Part shown: positions 52,892 to 64,000 of the stretch, piece by piece | Position numbering within the stretch: position 1 is the first letter of the stretch | Layout of the letters: every line of letters starts with the position of its first letter | Assembly (NCBI GenBank): GCA_964016885.1 | Contig: OZ024741.1 | Span: forward strand, 81,096,001-81,160,000 | DNA: 64,000 nucleotides | Direction of reading: 5' to 3' | Origin: Eledone cirrhosa | Taxonomy: Eukaryota | Position numbers and translations under genes: made by a program | Notes under the pieces: generated by a model | Told to the model about the DNA's origin: nothing | Databases searched by the model: none | What the model saw: the letters and a program-made list of their open reading frames with translations, nothing else

Positions 52892-53669
52892 ATTAACACT
52901 TAACATTTAATATTCTACCATACTATTTCATTCTAATACCATTATAAATTTTAAAGGATTGTAAATAAAACGAATAAATCAGACAAAGTTGGAATTCCTT
53001 TTATTAATACACACACATATATACACATATAAAAATGTGATAAGAAGAAAAATAATTTGAAATATGAAGAAAAACAGAGGAAATAACGAATGAATGGCAA
53101 TAACAATGCAAAAAAAGTGAAAATTGCCCCAAAATTAGAATGTTTGAAAAATGAAAATACAAAAAAAAAAAAAAAATTGATCACTATTTCCAAAATATAG
53201 ACTGATACGCATTTTCTTACACATAGTCACACCCAAACACATTCTCTCACACTAAAACAATCTCAGACATAGATTCACACACCTTTTCTCACATAGGCAG
53301 TCTGCCAGACACACTCAATCTCATACATAGACAGACATATACAGTATGAGGTAAACTAAATTATCATAGAGAGAAAACTATCTCTCATTTTAGGATGCCG
53401 TTTTTCAAGACCTCAGGTGAGTAATATAAATATTAATATATTAACGTACTGTATTTACCTTTATATATGTGTGTCTGTGTGCGAGTATATATAAATATAT
53501 AGGTACACACATACACACACACATATATATAAAGTAATAATAATTATGAAGACCAAAATCCAAAGAGGGCTCAATAAGGAAGTAAAGGGATGAAAGCAGA
53601 AATTCTCTGCTTAAACTTTAATCTGTCCTACTACTACTACTACTACTAACATATATATATTTAACTGGA

Positions 53670-54325
53670 AAGTCCTTTAGCTTCCACACCCTCCGTCTCT
53701 ATATTTTCCTGTGTATCTTGTTCTGTCTTGTGTTTATTTTGATGTCGCTAATAACTAACTTGTGTTGGGTGGAACATTCTTCCCCAGGGAAGGACTAAGT
53801 GGTTATTACAGTCTGTTTATCTCATCTTACAAGTAAGTAATCAATTTGGCTTGTGTGTTCACTTGACTGATATGAAGTCAAGTGGCTGGCTGGATTCCTG
53901 AAATTAGTGTTGCAAATTGTTAATTCATTTGTCTCACAGAATTGCAGGAGCCTCACTCATTCTTCGTTTCTTGAGCTATAACCATAGCCGCTGTGAACTC
54001 AACAGAATCTGTCCTGATACTGCTCCACATGTCCATTGAAGTCACTTGCCAGGATGATGGGGTCTCTTTCATCAGCACCTGAAGTCGTCTGTAAAAAGTT
54101 CCTCATAGAACCTGTCCATTTGTTCTTTACTTATCTCTGCCTGTTGAGCATAAGTAGATGTAATTGTCACCATTCTATTTCTTACAAGTATTTTAAGCTT
54201 GATGATTCTGTCATTTACTACCTCTATCACCTTATCTATCCATTTCTCAGCTAGTATGATACCTACACCTCCTACTCCATCGTCATTTCCTACCCAGAAG
54301 AGTTTATACCCTGTTGTTTGTTTAT
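53670..54325 (-). mobile_element. Degraded RTE LINE APE fragment
   Basis: Minus strand reads GNDDGVGGVGIILAEKWIDKV...DFNGHV...ICNTNFRNPASHL, homologous to 62300-62790. Confidence 0.8.
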
Positions 54326-54761
54326 ATAACTTTACATTACTATTGGTTCACCAGCTTGAGTACCCAAATGCATAATTCACTATTGAGGTATTGCACATTC
54401 GGTGTTATACTTCATAACCAGAGTATTAATAAAAATAATAAGGAGTAGAAACGAGGTGTCAAAATATCATCATGTTTATTCATGTGTGATGCTGATTGAT
54501 TGCCTGATGTTTCATGTTCTCACAAAAACAAAATGGTGTAGGACAAAACAAAAAAATAAATTAGTCACTGAGTAGGTCACAGAATGTGTGATGAAAGAGC
54601 TTTGACAATAAACAAATGATCAACCATAAATTGAAGTGAAAACCAACAGGCGCATGTGTTTTTATTGGCAGCATGACCCTACCAAAGTATAACAATATAT
54701 ATATCATCATCATTTTATGTCCGCTTTTACCAGCTTGCATCTCTCTCTCTCTCTCTCTCTA

Positions 54762-55766
54762 TCATCATCATCAACGTTTAACGTCCGTGTTCCTCGCTTG
54801 CATGGGTTTGGACGGGGGTTTTCCCACTTGAGGCAAGAGTGATTGTCTTGCTCGCATAGGACTGTCTGGCGGGTTTTCTACAGTTGGATGCCCTTCCTAA
54901 CACCAACCACATTTACAGTGTGGGGCTGGGAGGTTTTTACCGTGTTGCCTACACGGCCACATTACAGCGTGAACTGTGTGTTTTTTTGTCGTGACACCTA
55001 CACGATCTCATTTGTTTCGGCCTGGATGTTGTGGCACCAACATAACTTTACATTGAAAGGGGCGGTGTGGATGGGGTGGGGTGGGGGGCGGGGGGTGTAT
55101 TTTGTTAGAGATGCCTACTGACTGTAGTAGGTTTTACTTTGTATTTAGGTAAGGCGGGTCTTCTCTATTACTGAGTACCGCCAAAGGTCTCGGTCCAGTG
55201 ACATTGTCTTGGAGAGGTGTAAGTGTGTGAGGTCGGAATTTATCAGCTCGTCCCAGGTTTTTCTGGGTCTGCCTACTCCGTGGCTACTGTCTATCTTTAT
55301 TGCCCTGCACTTTGTTATACAGCTATCGTCCTTCATGCGCATCACGTGACCATACCAACGTAGCCTTTTCTCGAGTAAACAACATCTGATCCCTCTTATT
55401 TCTAATTTTTTCCTTAGTTTGTTTATGCTTTGCCGTTCACGTATATTACTATTACACATCCAGCGGAGCATGCAAGCTTCGTTCCTCTCTAGTCTGCGTA
55501 TATCCTCTGCACACAATGCCCAGGTCTCACTGCCATGCAACATTGCTGTTCGTATGCAGGCATCAGACAACCTGCCTTTCATTTTTAGGGAGAACCCTTT
55601 AGCGGCTAATAGTGGTATAAGCTCTCTGAACTTTTTCCATCCAGTTCTGACTCTAGCTACTGTACTTTCCGAGCACCCTCCCCCACTGCTGATTTTGTCA
55701 CCCTGGTAACGGAAGCTGTCCACTATTTCTATAGAACCCTCTGCGCAGTTGAAAGAGCTAGTATTT

Positions 55767-55770
<4 letters not shown>
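54762..55770 (-). mobile_element. RTE LINE 3' fragment (young)
   Basis: ORF 55145-55723 is nearly identical to the C-terminus of 59912-61258, followed by the 3'UTR and tail. Confidence 0.95.
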
Positions 55771-55820
<50 letters not shown>

Positions 55821-57660
55821 CCTTATCGAGCCCTCTTTGGATTTTAGTCTTTACATTTATTATTATTACTATCATCATCATCATGATCATCTTCGTTTAA
55901 CGTCCATCTTCCATGCTAGCATGGGATTTATATATATAGTTGGGGCAGATGACCTTTGACTTTGTGGAGTTCATCCACCCTCTGACAGCTCTTGTTTTTC
56001 TGTTGCTGGGTTTCCACCTACTCCCCTCACTAGACCAGGGTCTGGTAGGGGAGCTGGTTTAGTCGCCAACCACCCAACTATGAAACAAGTTGTGCTGGGC
56101 TACATGGTACCAGTAGCAGGCAGAGATCTGGCTTGACAGCTATGGGTCAAATAGCCTCACCAACCTGCAATTGGCCAAGCCTGGTGAGTACAGCTACTAC
56201 AGCTCCTGCAGGGGTTAAACACCATGACAATGACACATGGGATCCTCATAACTGTCCTTTTTATCTTCCCTTGGCCTGTCACTGGACACACAGCTGCAGA
56301 GATGCGGTGGGTGATGAGCATAGCACAAGAATGTAGCATTGTCATTTTTATGTGCTGATGTTTCTTCACAAGTTACACAATGGTGGAGGAGTGACAGCAT
56401 ATGCAGACTCAACTGGTTAGAAGAACGTAGTCACAAATCTACACGTGGGAGGCTCAAGTCTTATTCTAACGTCACTGCACTGCTAACCTAAACAGCAATA
56501 TGCTTCAGTGGAGTCTTGAGTGTCTGAGCGGCTCTTTTTGGGGACGTACTGCTCACCCATACCACATGGGAATGTTCTAGAAAATGTGACCTAAACAAAG
56601 CTTGTTCAGTCATCAAACTGGCTAGCAGTCTGCAGTTGACGGTACTTCATAATAGTAGGGAATTTGTTGAAGAGATAGAGATGATTGTCTTCTGTAACGA
56701 AGTGGCAGTTATCATATATGTATATAGACACACACACACACACACTTTTCCTTGTTGTCATGGGTTAGATGGATCACAATGATCTGCTACAAGATGGGTT
56801 CAATAGCCACACCTTATTCACATGCTCCAGAAGCCCTATGTAATGCCAACCACATAACAAGGTGCACATCAGGTACCACTTTACAGGATGTACTGAGTGC
56901 ACTGGGTGCCTTTTATTATGATATTAGCTCTACCATGTTATTGTGTATACTCAGTTCCTTTTTATTGTGGTACTATATATATATATATGAATGTATGCAT
57001 AGCATATTTGGCAATATAATGTATGTCTAATTGAAGACCTTACATTATCATTTTAAAGTAGTGACTATGTCACTTACTTCTTTTCGGCGAAAGAAGGCAG
57101 AGAAGCTAACAGTCTGTTTGGCAATCATCAGAGCTACACACTGCCCAACTTCCGCCGAAAATTATAGAAGCTGGATTCTTATAGAATTCTAGTAATAATC
57201 AGGAGCTGATTACACAGAGCGATTGCCAGTCCAGCAAAAATGAAGTATTAGGATTGGTGCTCTGAAATAGCGATGTATACATGAATGTATAACAAATATA
57301 CTATGCATACATTCATATATATATGTATATACATATATACATACACACATATATATACATATATATATATATACATACATATATAAATATATACATACAT
57401 ATACATACATATATATATATATACATACATATACATACATATATATACATATATATATATATACATACATATACATATACATACATATACATACATATAT
57501 ATATATATACATACATATACATATACATACATATACATACATATATATATATATACATACATATACATATACATACATATATATATGTATATATATATAT
57601 ATACCCGTCCCACCCTTGCAAGCAGGGAAAAGCGGACGTAAAATGATGATGATGATGATG

Positions 57661-57743
<83 letters not shown>

Positions 57744-57753
57744 ACATATATAC

Positions 57754-59160
57754 ATCATCATCATCATCATTTTACGTCCGCTTTTCCCTGCTTGCAAGAG
57801 TGGGACGGGTTTTATTCAGCACAGCATCTCTCCACTTGTCACGGTCCTTCGTCATCTCCACTGTGAGCTTCAGCGAACTGCGGTCTGTTCTCACCACCTC
57901 CTCCCATGGTTTTCGTGGTCTACCTCTACCACGTCTTCCTTCAACTGGCATTTCCTGGCACTTCTTTACCTATCGGTCATCCTTCATGCGCATCACATGT
58001 CCATACGACCGTAGTCTCCTCTCTCGCACACTACACTACATTCTATCCCTCTAAGACACAGTTTCTCTCTCAAAACATCCATGCTGGATCGTTCATGCAC
58101 ATTGACATTGCACATCCAACGGAGCATGCTTGCTTCATTTCTATCCAGCCATCGCTTATCCTCTGCAGTTGCTGCCCAAGTCTCACTAGCATGCAGCATC
58201 GCGCTCCTCACACAGGCATCATATAACTGGCCTTTTGTATGCAGGGAGAAACCCTTCTTCGTCAGCAGAGGAAGCAGCTCCCTAAACTTTTTCCAACCCG
58301 TCCTTATTCTAGATACTATGGCCTCGGAACACCCCCCTCCCATGCTAATCTGATCTTTTAGGTACCGGAAGCTATCAACCACTTCTATAACACCCACCTG
58401 CATTTTAAAAATGTGGCCATTAATGCGACTTCTACTGTCTAATTTCATTGTACATCTACTTACTGCATACATATTTCTCCCTACCTGTTAGTTTGCCTAC
58501 TATCCCACTACATCTCTTGCGTACCCAGGATCTGCATTGTGTGCATTTTATAGAATTTATGCCAGTTCCTTTTCTGCATATCGAACATGGCCATTTCTCT
58601 GACGGAATCAGAGTTTTGTCCTCTTTTCTACTCAGTAACACCTTTGTCTTAGCTAGGTTCACTCTCAGTCCTCTTCATTCCAACTGCTGTTTCCATAGCC
58701 AGAATTTATTCTCTAGCTCCTCTACTGATTCTGCTATAAGAACCAGATCGTCAGCATAGAGAAGTTCCCATGGACAGCCAGTCTTAAACTCCTCTGTTAT
58801 GGCTTGGAGGACTATAATGAACAACAGCAGTCTGAGGAGCAAACCTTAATGTACTCCTACTTGTATCTAGAATTCCTCACTAAACTCCATTCCTACCCGA
58901 CTTTACTGACAGCACCTCTGTACAAAGTTTGCACTGTCCTCACAAGCCATTCCTCAACACCTAGTTTCCTTAGGCACCACCAGATGACAGATCGGGGTAC
59001 ACTATCAAAGGCCTTCTCTAGGTCAACAAAAGCTAAGTATAGTGGCTTATTCTTCTCTAAGAACCTCTCTTGTAACTGTCTCACCAAGAAGAGGGCATCT
59101 GTTGTACTCTTCCCAGGCACAAAACCAAACTGCATCTCATCTAGTTTGACCCTTTCTCAG
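57754..59160 (-). mobile_element. RTE LINE, second subfamily (short 3'UTR), 5'-truncated; inverted copy of its last ~60 bp at 57604-57666
   Basis: ORFs 58893-59135, 58456-58662 and 57993-58472. Tail TTTTACGTCCGCTTTTCCCTGCTTGCAAG. Confidence 0.92.
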
Positions 59161-59285
59161 GGGGCCAAAACAAGGCACCAGTAATGCGCTGGGACAATCA
59201 CTGACCCGTGCCAAGAACAGAATGGTTATTACTATTATTATAGCAATATATACATATACATATATATACACATATATATATATAT

Positions 59286-59346
<61 letters not shown>

Positions 59347-59422
59347 CACACATACATATACATATATATACATATATATACACATATATATATATATATA
59401 CACATATATATATATATACACA

Positions 59423-59506
<84 letters not shown>

Positions 59507-59560
59507 CATATATATATATATACATATGTATATATATACATACATATATATATATATATA

Positions 59561-62500
59561 CATCATCATCATCAACGTTTAACGTCCGTGTTCCACGCTT
59601 GCATGGGTTTGGACGGGGGTAGTCCCACTTGAGGCAAGAGTGATTTTCTTGCTCGCATAGGACTGTCTGGCAGGTTTTCTACAGTTGGATGCCCTTCCTA
59701 ACACCAACCACATTTACAGTGTGGGTCTGGGAGGTTTTTACCGTGTTGCCTACACGGCCACATTACAGCGTGGACTGTGTGTTTTTTTGTCGTGACACCT
59801 ACAAGATCTCATTTGTTTCGGCCTGGATGGCGCGGCACCAACATAACTTTACATAGAACGGGGTGGTGTGGATGGGGTGGGGGTGGTGGTGGTGGGACGG
59901 GGTGTATTTTGTTAGAGATGCCTACTGGCAAGGCGGGTCTTCTCTATTACTGAGTACCGCCAAAGGTCTCGGTCCAGTGACATTGTCTTGGTGAGGTGTA
60001 AGTGTGTGAGGTCGGAGTTTATCAGCTCGTCCCAGGTTTTTCTGGGTCTGCCTATTCCGTGGCTACCGTCTATCTTTATTGCCCTGCACTTTGTTATACA
60101 GCTATCATCCTTCATGCGCATCACGTGACTATACCAACGTAGCCTTCTCTCTAGTAAACAACATCTGATCCCTCTTATTTCTAATTTTTTCGTTAGTTTG
60201 TTTATGCTTTGTCGTTCACGCATATTACTATTACACATCCAGCGGAGCATGCAAGCTTCGTTTCTCTCTAGTCTGCGTATATCCTCTGCACACAATGCCC
60301 AGGTCTCACTGCCATGCAACATTGCTGTTCGTATGCAGGCATCGTACAGCCTGCCTTTCATTTTTAGGGAGAACCCTTTAGCGGCTAATAGTGGTATAAG
60401 CTCTCTGAACTTTTTCCACCCAGTTCTGACTCTAGCTACTGTACTTTCAGAGCACCCTCCCCCACTGCTGATTTTGTCACCCAGGTAACGGAAGCTGTCC
60501 ACTATTTCTATAGAACCCTCTGCGCAGTTGAAAGAGCTAGTATTTTGTGGGCATTTGCTGCTACTTATATCCCCAGAACACCGGCCACATGTAAAATCTA
60601 TGTTCTTAGTTAGCTTACCTGTGATCCCACTACATATTTTATGCACCCAAACTTTGCATTTGGGACACAAAATGGAATTTCTACCTATGCCTTTCCTACA
60701 CTCTGCGCATGGCCACTTCCCGGGGGGGACCGCCGCCTTATTTTCTTTCTTACAAACTAGAACTTTAGTCTTAGCTAGGTTAATTTTAAGGCCTTTTGAT
60801 TCTAGGCCGTGCTTCCATGTTTGGAATTTCTTCTCTAGCTCGGCCATTGATTCAGCTATGAGCGTTAGATCATCTGCGTATAGGAGTTCCCATGGGCAGC
60901 CGGTCTTGAACTCCACTGTTATAGCCTGGAGGGCAATAATAAATAGTAGGGGGCTAAGAACAGAGCCCTGATGAACACCAACTTTTACACTAAACTCTTC
61001 ACTATATTCGTTGTTAATTCTAACCTTGCTAACTGTTTCTTTATACATGGCTTGTATAGCTCTCACAAGCCATTCATCAACACCTAGTTTTCTAAGAGCC
61101 CACCAGATAATGGAACGGGGGACTCTGTCGAAGGCCTTCTCCAAGTCGACGAAAGCTAAGTATAGGGGTTTACTTTTAGCTAGGTACTTCTCCTGTAGTT
61201 GTCGTACAATGAAAAGAGCGTCTGTGGTACTTTTTCCTGACACAAACCCGAACTGCATTTCATCTAGATCAATTCGCTCTCTGATTAGTTGCGCTATAAC
61301 TTTTTACGTGACCTTCATGACCTGGTCGATTAATTTAATGCCTCTATAGTTACTCCTATCTAGGGCATCTCCTTTACCCTTATAACAGTTAACGATAATG
61401 CTGCTGCGCCAGTCCTTCGGAACAACCCCATTCTGTATGACTTGGTTGACTATCCGGGTGACCATGGTGTGTCCCACCGTACCAGATGCCTTCAGCATCT
61501 CGGCAACTATTTCCGAAGGCCCAGCCGCCTTGCCTGTCTTCATATCTTTGATTGCCTTACTTATTATGCTACCCTCGACTAACACTGCTGGTCCCTCTAT
61601 TGGGTCGACGTGGGGGAGACTGTCTTTCTCCCATTTATTCTCCTCATTTAGTAGCCTTTCGTAGTGACACTTCCAAGCTACCTTCTTATCGGCGTCGGTG
61701 ATGGCAAGTATGCCGTCATCGTTAAGTACACACTTCTCCCCGACAATATCACTGTTTTCCTTGACACATTGCCTAGCAATCCTGAACACCTCACGTTTTT
61801 GGTCATCGCGTTGTAGAACATGCTTGAACTTTCTTTCCTCTGCTTCCCTTCTTGCGAAGTACACTTGTCTCCTAGCCTCCCTCCTGGCCACTTGATAGTC
61901 TTCTCTGCTTCCCCCATCCCGCCATACTTTCCAAGCCTGCTTTTTGGCCTTAATTGACCCCTCCAACTTACTGTTCCACCACCATTTTACTCTCCTCCTG
62001 CCTACAGGCCTGCTCCAGCCACAGACTTCGTCTGCCGCCGTCAGCAGGTTTGCTTTCAGGAATTCCCACTGTTCCTCTACCTTGTACGTCTCTAATTGCT
62101 CTTCCTCACTGTCGAAAGCATCAAGTAATATGCTTTGGAATTTATTTTTGGCTGTGGGGTCCTTTAGCTTCCATATTTTTCTCCTGAGGATAGTCCTCTT
62201 CTGTTGTCTAGTACGTCTCGTCCTGACTATTAGGTCGCTAATTATCAGTCTATGTTGGGAAGTGCATTGTTCATGGGGGAGGGATTTAGTGTTTACGACA
62301 GTCACTTTGTCACGTCTTCTGGTAAGGATATAATCTACCTGGCTAGTATGTTCCCCTGATCTGTAGGTGATCAAGTGATTGTCTCGTTTTTTGAAGTTAG
62401 TGTTGCAGATAGTTAGGTTATTTGCGTCGCAGAATTCCAGGATTCTGGAGCCTTCCTCATTTCTAGTACCAAACCCATAGCCTCCATGGATTTCGTTGTA

Positions 62501-63069
62501 GCCGTCACAATGTTGTCCAACGTGACCGTTTAGGTCACCTGCAATAATTATATAGTCACTGTCGGTTATTTGGGAGGTAGTGAGCATCAGTGTCTCATAG
62601 AATCTGTCTTTTATAGTGCCGGGCAGTCCGGATTGGGGTGCGTACGCGGATATTACTGTCACAGTAGTTCTATTGAGGACAAGTCTTATTTTAATTATTC
62701 TGTCGTTCACTCTATTTACGTCTATTATCTTATCTGCCCACTTTTCTGCTACCATGATTCCTACTCCACCCAGCCCATTGTCGTTTCCCACCCAGAAAAG
62801 CTTATATCATCGTTTTCTACCCACAATGTATCTAGCAGATCCACCCCTCCACCTGGTCTCTTGGATACAACAAACATCGACCTCCTAACGTTCAAGCATT
62901 TCTACAACCTCGTTAGAGCAACCCTTTAAGGTGCCTACATTCAAGGTACCAAATCTGAAGTTTTGGATTGCGTTTGGGGGGTTGGAAAGGTGGGGAGCGG
63001 GGGGAGATGGGGTTATGTTAGCCATCCGCGGCCGAAACAAAGAGGCATGCTCGCATTTTCGTCCTCGAG

Positions 63070-63070
<1 letters not shown>
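59561..63070 (-). mobile_element. Near full-length RTE (BovB-like) LINE
   Basis: Single APE-RT reading frame, ~350-bp 3'UTR and (CAT)n tail. Flanked by (TA)n arrays. Confidence 0.97.
59912..63025 (-). pseudogene. RTE LINE ORF (APE endonuclease, RT, PHD-like finger), 1038 codons, three in-frame nonsense codons, no frameshift
   Basis: [36 protein letters not shown]-track pieces 62885+, 61304-62791 and 59912-61258 share one frame. Confidence 0.92.
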
Positions 63071-63104
<34 letters not shown>

Positions 63105-63149
63105 CATATATACATATATATACATACATATATATATATATATATATAC

Positions 63150-63183
<34 letters not shown>

Positions 63184-63341
63184 ATATATATACATACATA
63201 CATATATATACATACATATATACATATATATATACATACATACATATATATACATACATATATACATATATATACATATATATACATACATATATACATA
63301 TATATACATACATATATATATATATACACATACATATATAT

Positions 63342-63372
<31 letters not shown>

Positions 63373-63453
63373 CATACATATATATATATACATACATATA
63401 TATATATAAATACATACATATATATATATATATATATACATACATACATACAT

Positions 63454-63490
<37 letters not shown>

Positions 63491-63565
63491 CATACATATA
63501 TATATATATACATACATATATATATACATATATATATACATATATACATATATATATATATATCT
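63071..63565. repeat. Compound (TA)/(TACA) microsatellite; similar arrays at 1180-1330, 57315-57745 and 59245-59560
   Basis: Seen directly. These arrays explain the YI/CV-rich spurious ORFs. Confidence 0.95.
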
Positions 63566-63570
63566 ATGAG

Positions 63571-64000
63571 TGAGTTTCTTGGTCAGTGTCCAAGTCTCAG
63601 ACCCATACAGCAGCACAGACTCCACTACAGCAATGAAGAGGCGGATTTTCAGGTCTCTACGAAGGTCCGACTTCCACACTGATCTCAAGCTGATGGTGGA
63701 TGGGTGCTACACGAGAATGCTGAGGATGGCTCTGAACATTAATCAGTATACACTGAGGATGAAAAACTCAGAGCTGTATGGGAGCATCCCAAAAGTCAGC
63801 TCAAAAGTGACAGAGGAGACTGAGGTTAGCTGGACATGCTCACCGACATCCAGAGTTGACATTGCACTCAGTGCTCCTTTGGGAGCCCCTACATGGACAC
63901 ACTAGAAGAGGAAGACCAAGGTTAACGTATGTTGATGCCCTAAGGACAGACACTGGTCTGTTGGAGACGCAGGACATGGCAGCGATAATGAGGAACAGAG
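63571..64000 (+). mobile_element. Different RTE-group LINE 3' fragment with inverted 5' segment
   Basis: 63571-63688 (-) encodes RSVWKSDL...[18 protein letters not shown]. 63684-64000 (+) continues [14 protein letters not shown]...RLAGHAHRHPE...LLWEP..GRPRLTYVD. Confidence 0.88.

Noticed and set aside
53394-53416. Plus-strand 23-nt AG...GTGAGT micro-exon-like segment
   Set aside because: No other evidence of a plus-strand gene. Such motifs arise by chance in 64 kb.
60198-62929. Recurrent plus-strand ORFs antisense to LINE copies
   Set aside because: Shadow ORFs of the RT frame, repeated only because the LINE is repeated.
62931-63569. Long ORFs rich in YI/CV/HT (also 1093-1423, 43850-44176, 57210-57797, 59137-59632)
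   Set aside because: Translations of stop-free (TA)/(TG)/(TACA) microsatellites.

Overview
AT-rich, microsatellite-dense eukaryotic DNA. Its SINE/LINE repertoire (OK/OR-like tRNA SINEs, RTE/BovB-like LINEs with (ATG)n tails) points to an octopus or related cephalopod (inference). The only host coding sequence I can support is one 216-bp exon (8643-8858, minus strand) of a class I alpha-1,2-mannosidase (GH47, MAN1A-like). The rest appears to be very large intronic sequence filled with mobile elements: more than 10 RTE LINE copies (one nearly full length, with a PHD-type finger inserted after the RT), several SINE families, Penelope-like element (PLE) remnants, piggyBac, mariner and hAT relics and MITEs, two Helitrons and an R4/Dong fragment. 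The most notable signal is invisible in the ORF track: about 14 type I hammerhead-ribozyme motifs from several apparently unrelated non-coding families. Seven have intact catalytic cores and several carry large branched insertions in stem II. One pair sits in direct repeats and would excise a ~452-nt retrozyme-like RNA. Other points are a strong candidate recursive splice site (AG|GTAAGT at 41973/41974) on the host strand, a family of fold-back hairpin elements, a strong strand bias of LINEs and ribozymes, and a twin-priming inversion. All structures were folded by eye, repeat boundaries are approximate, and no database search was run.
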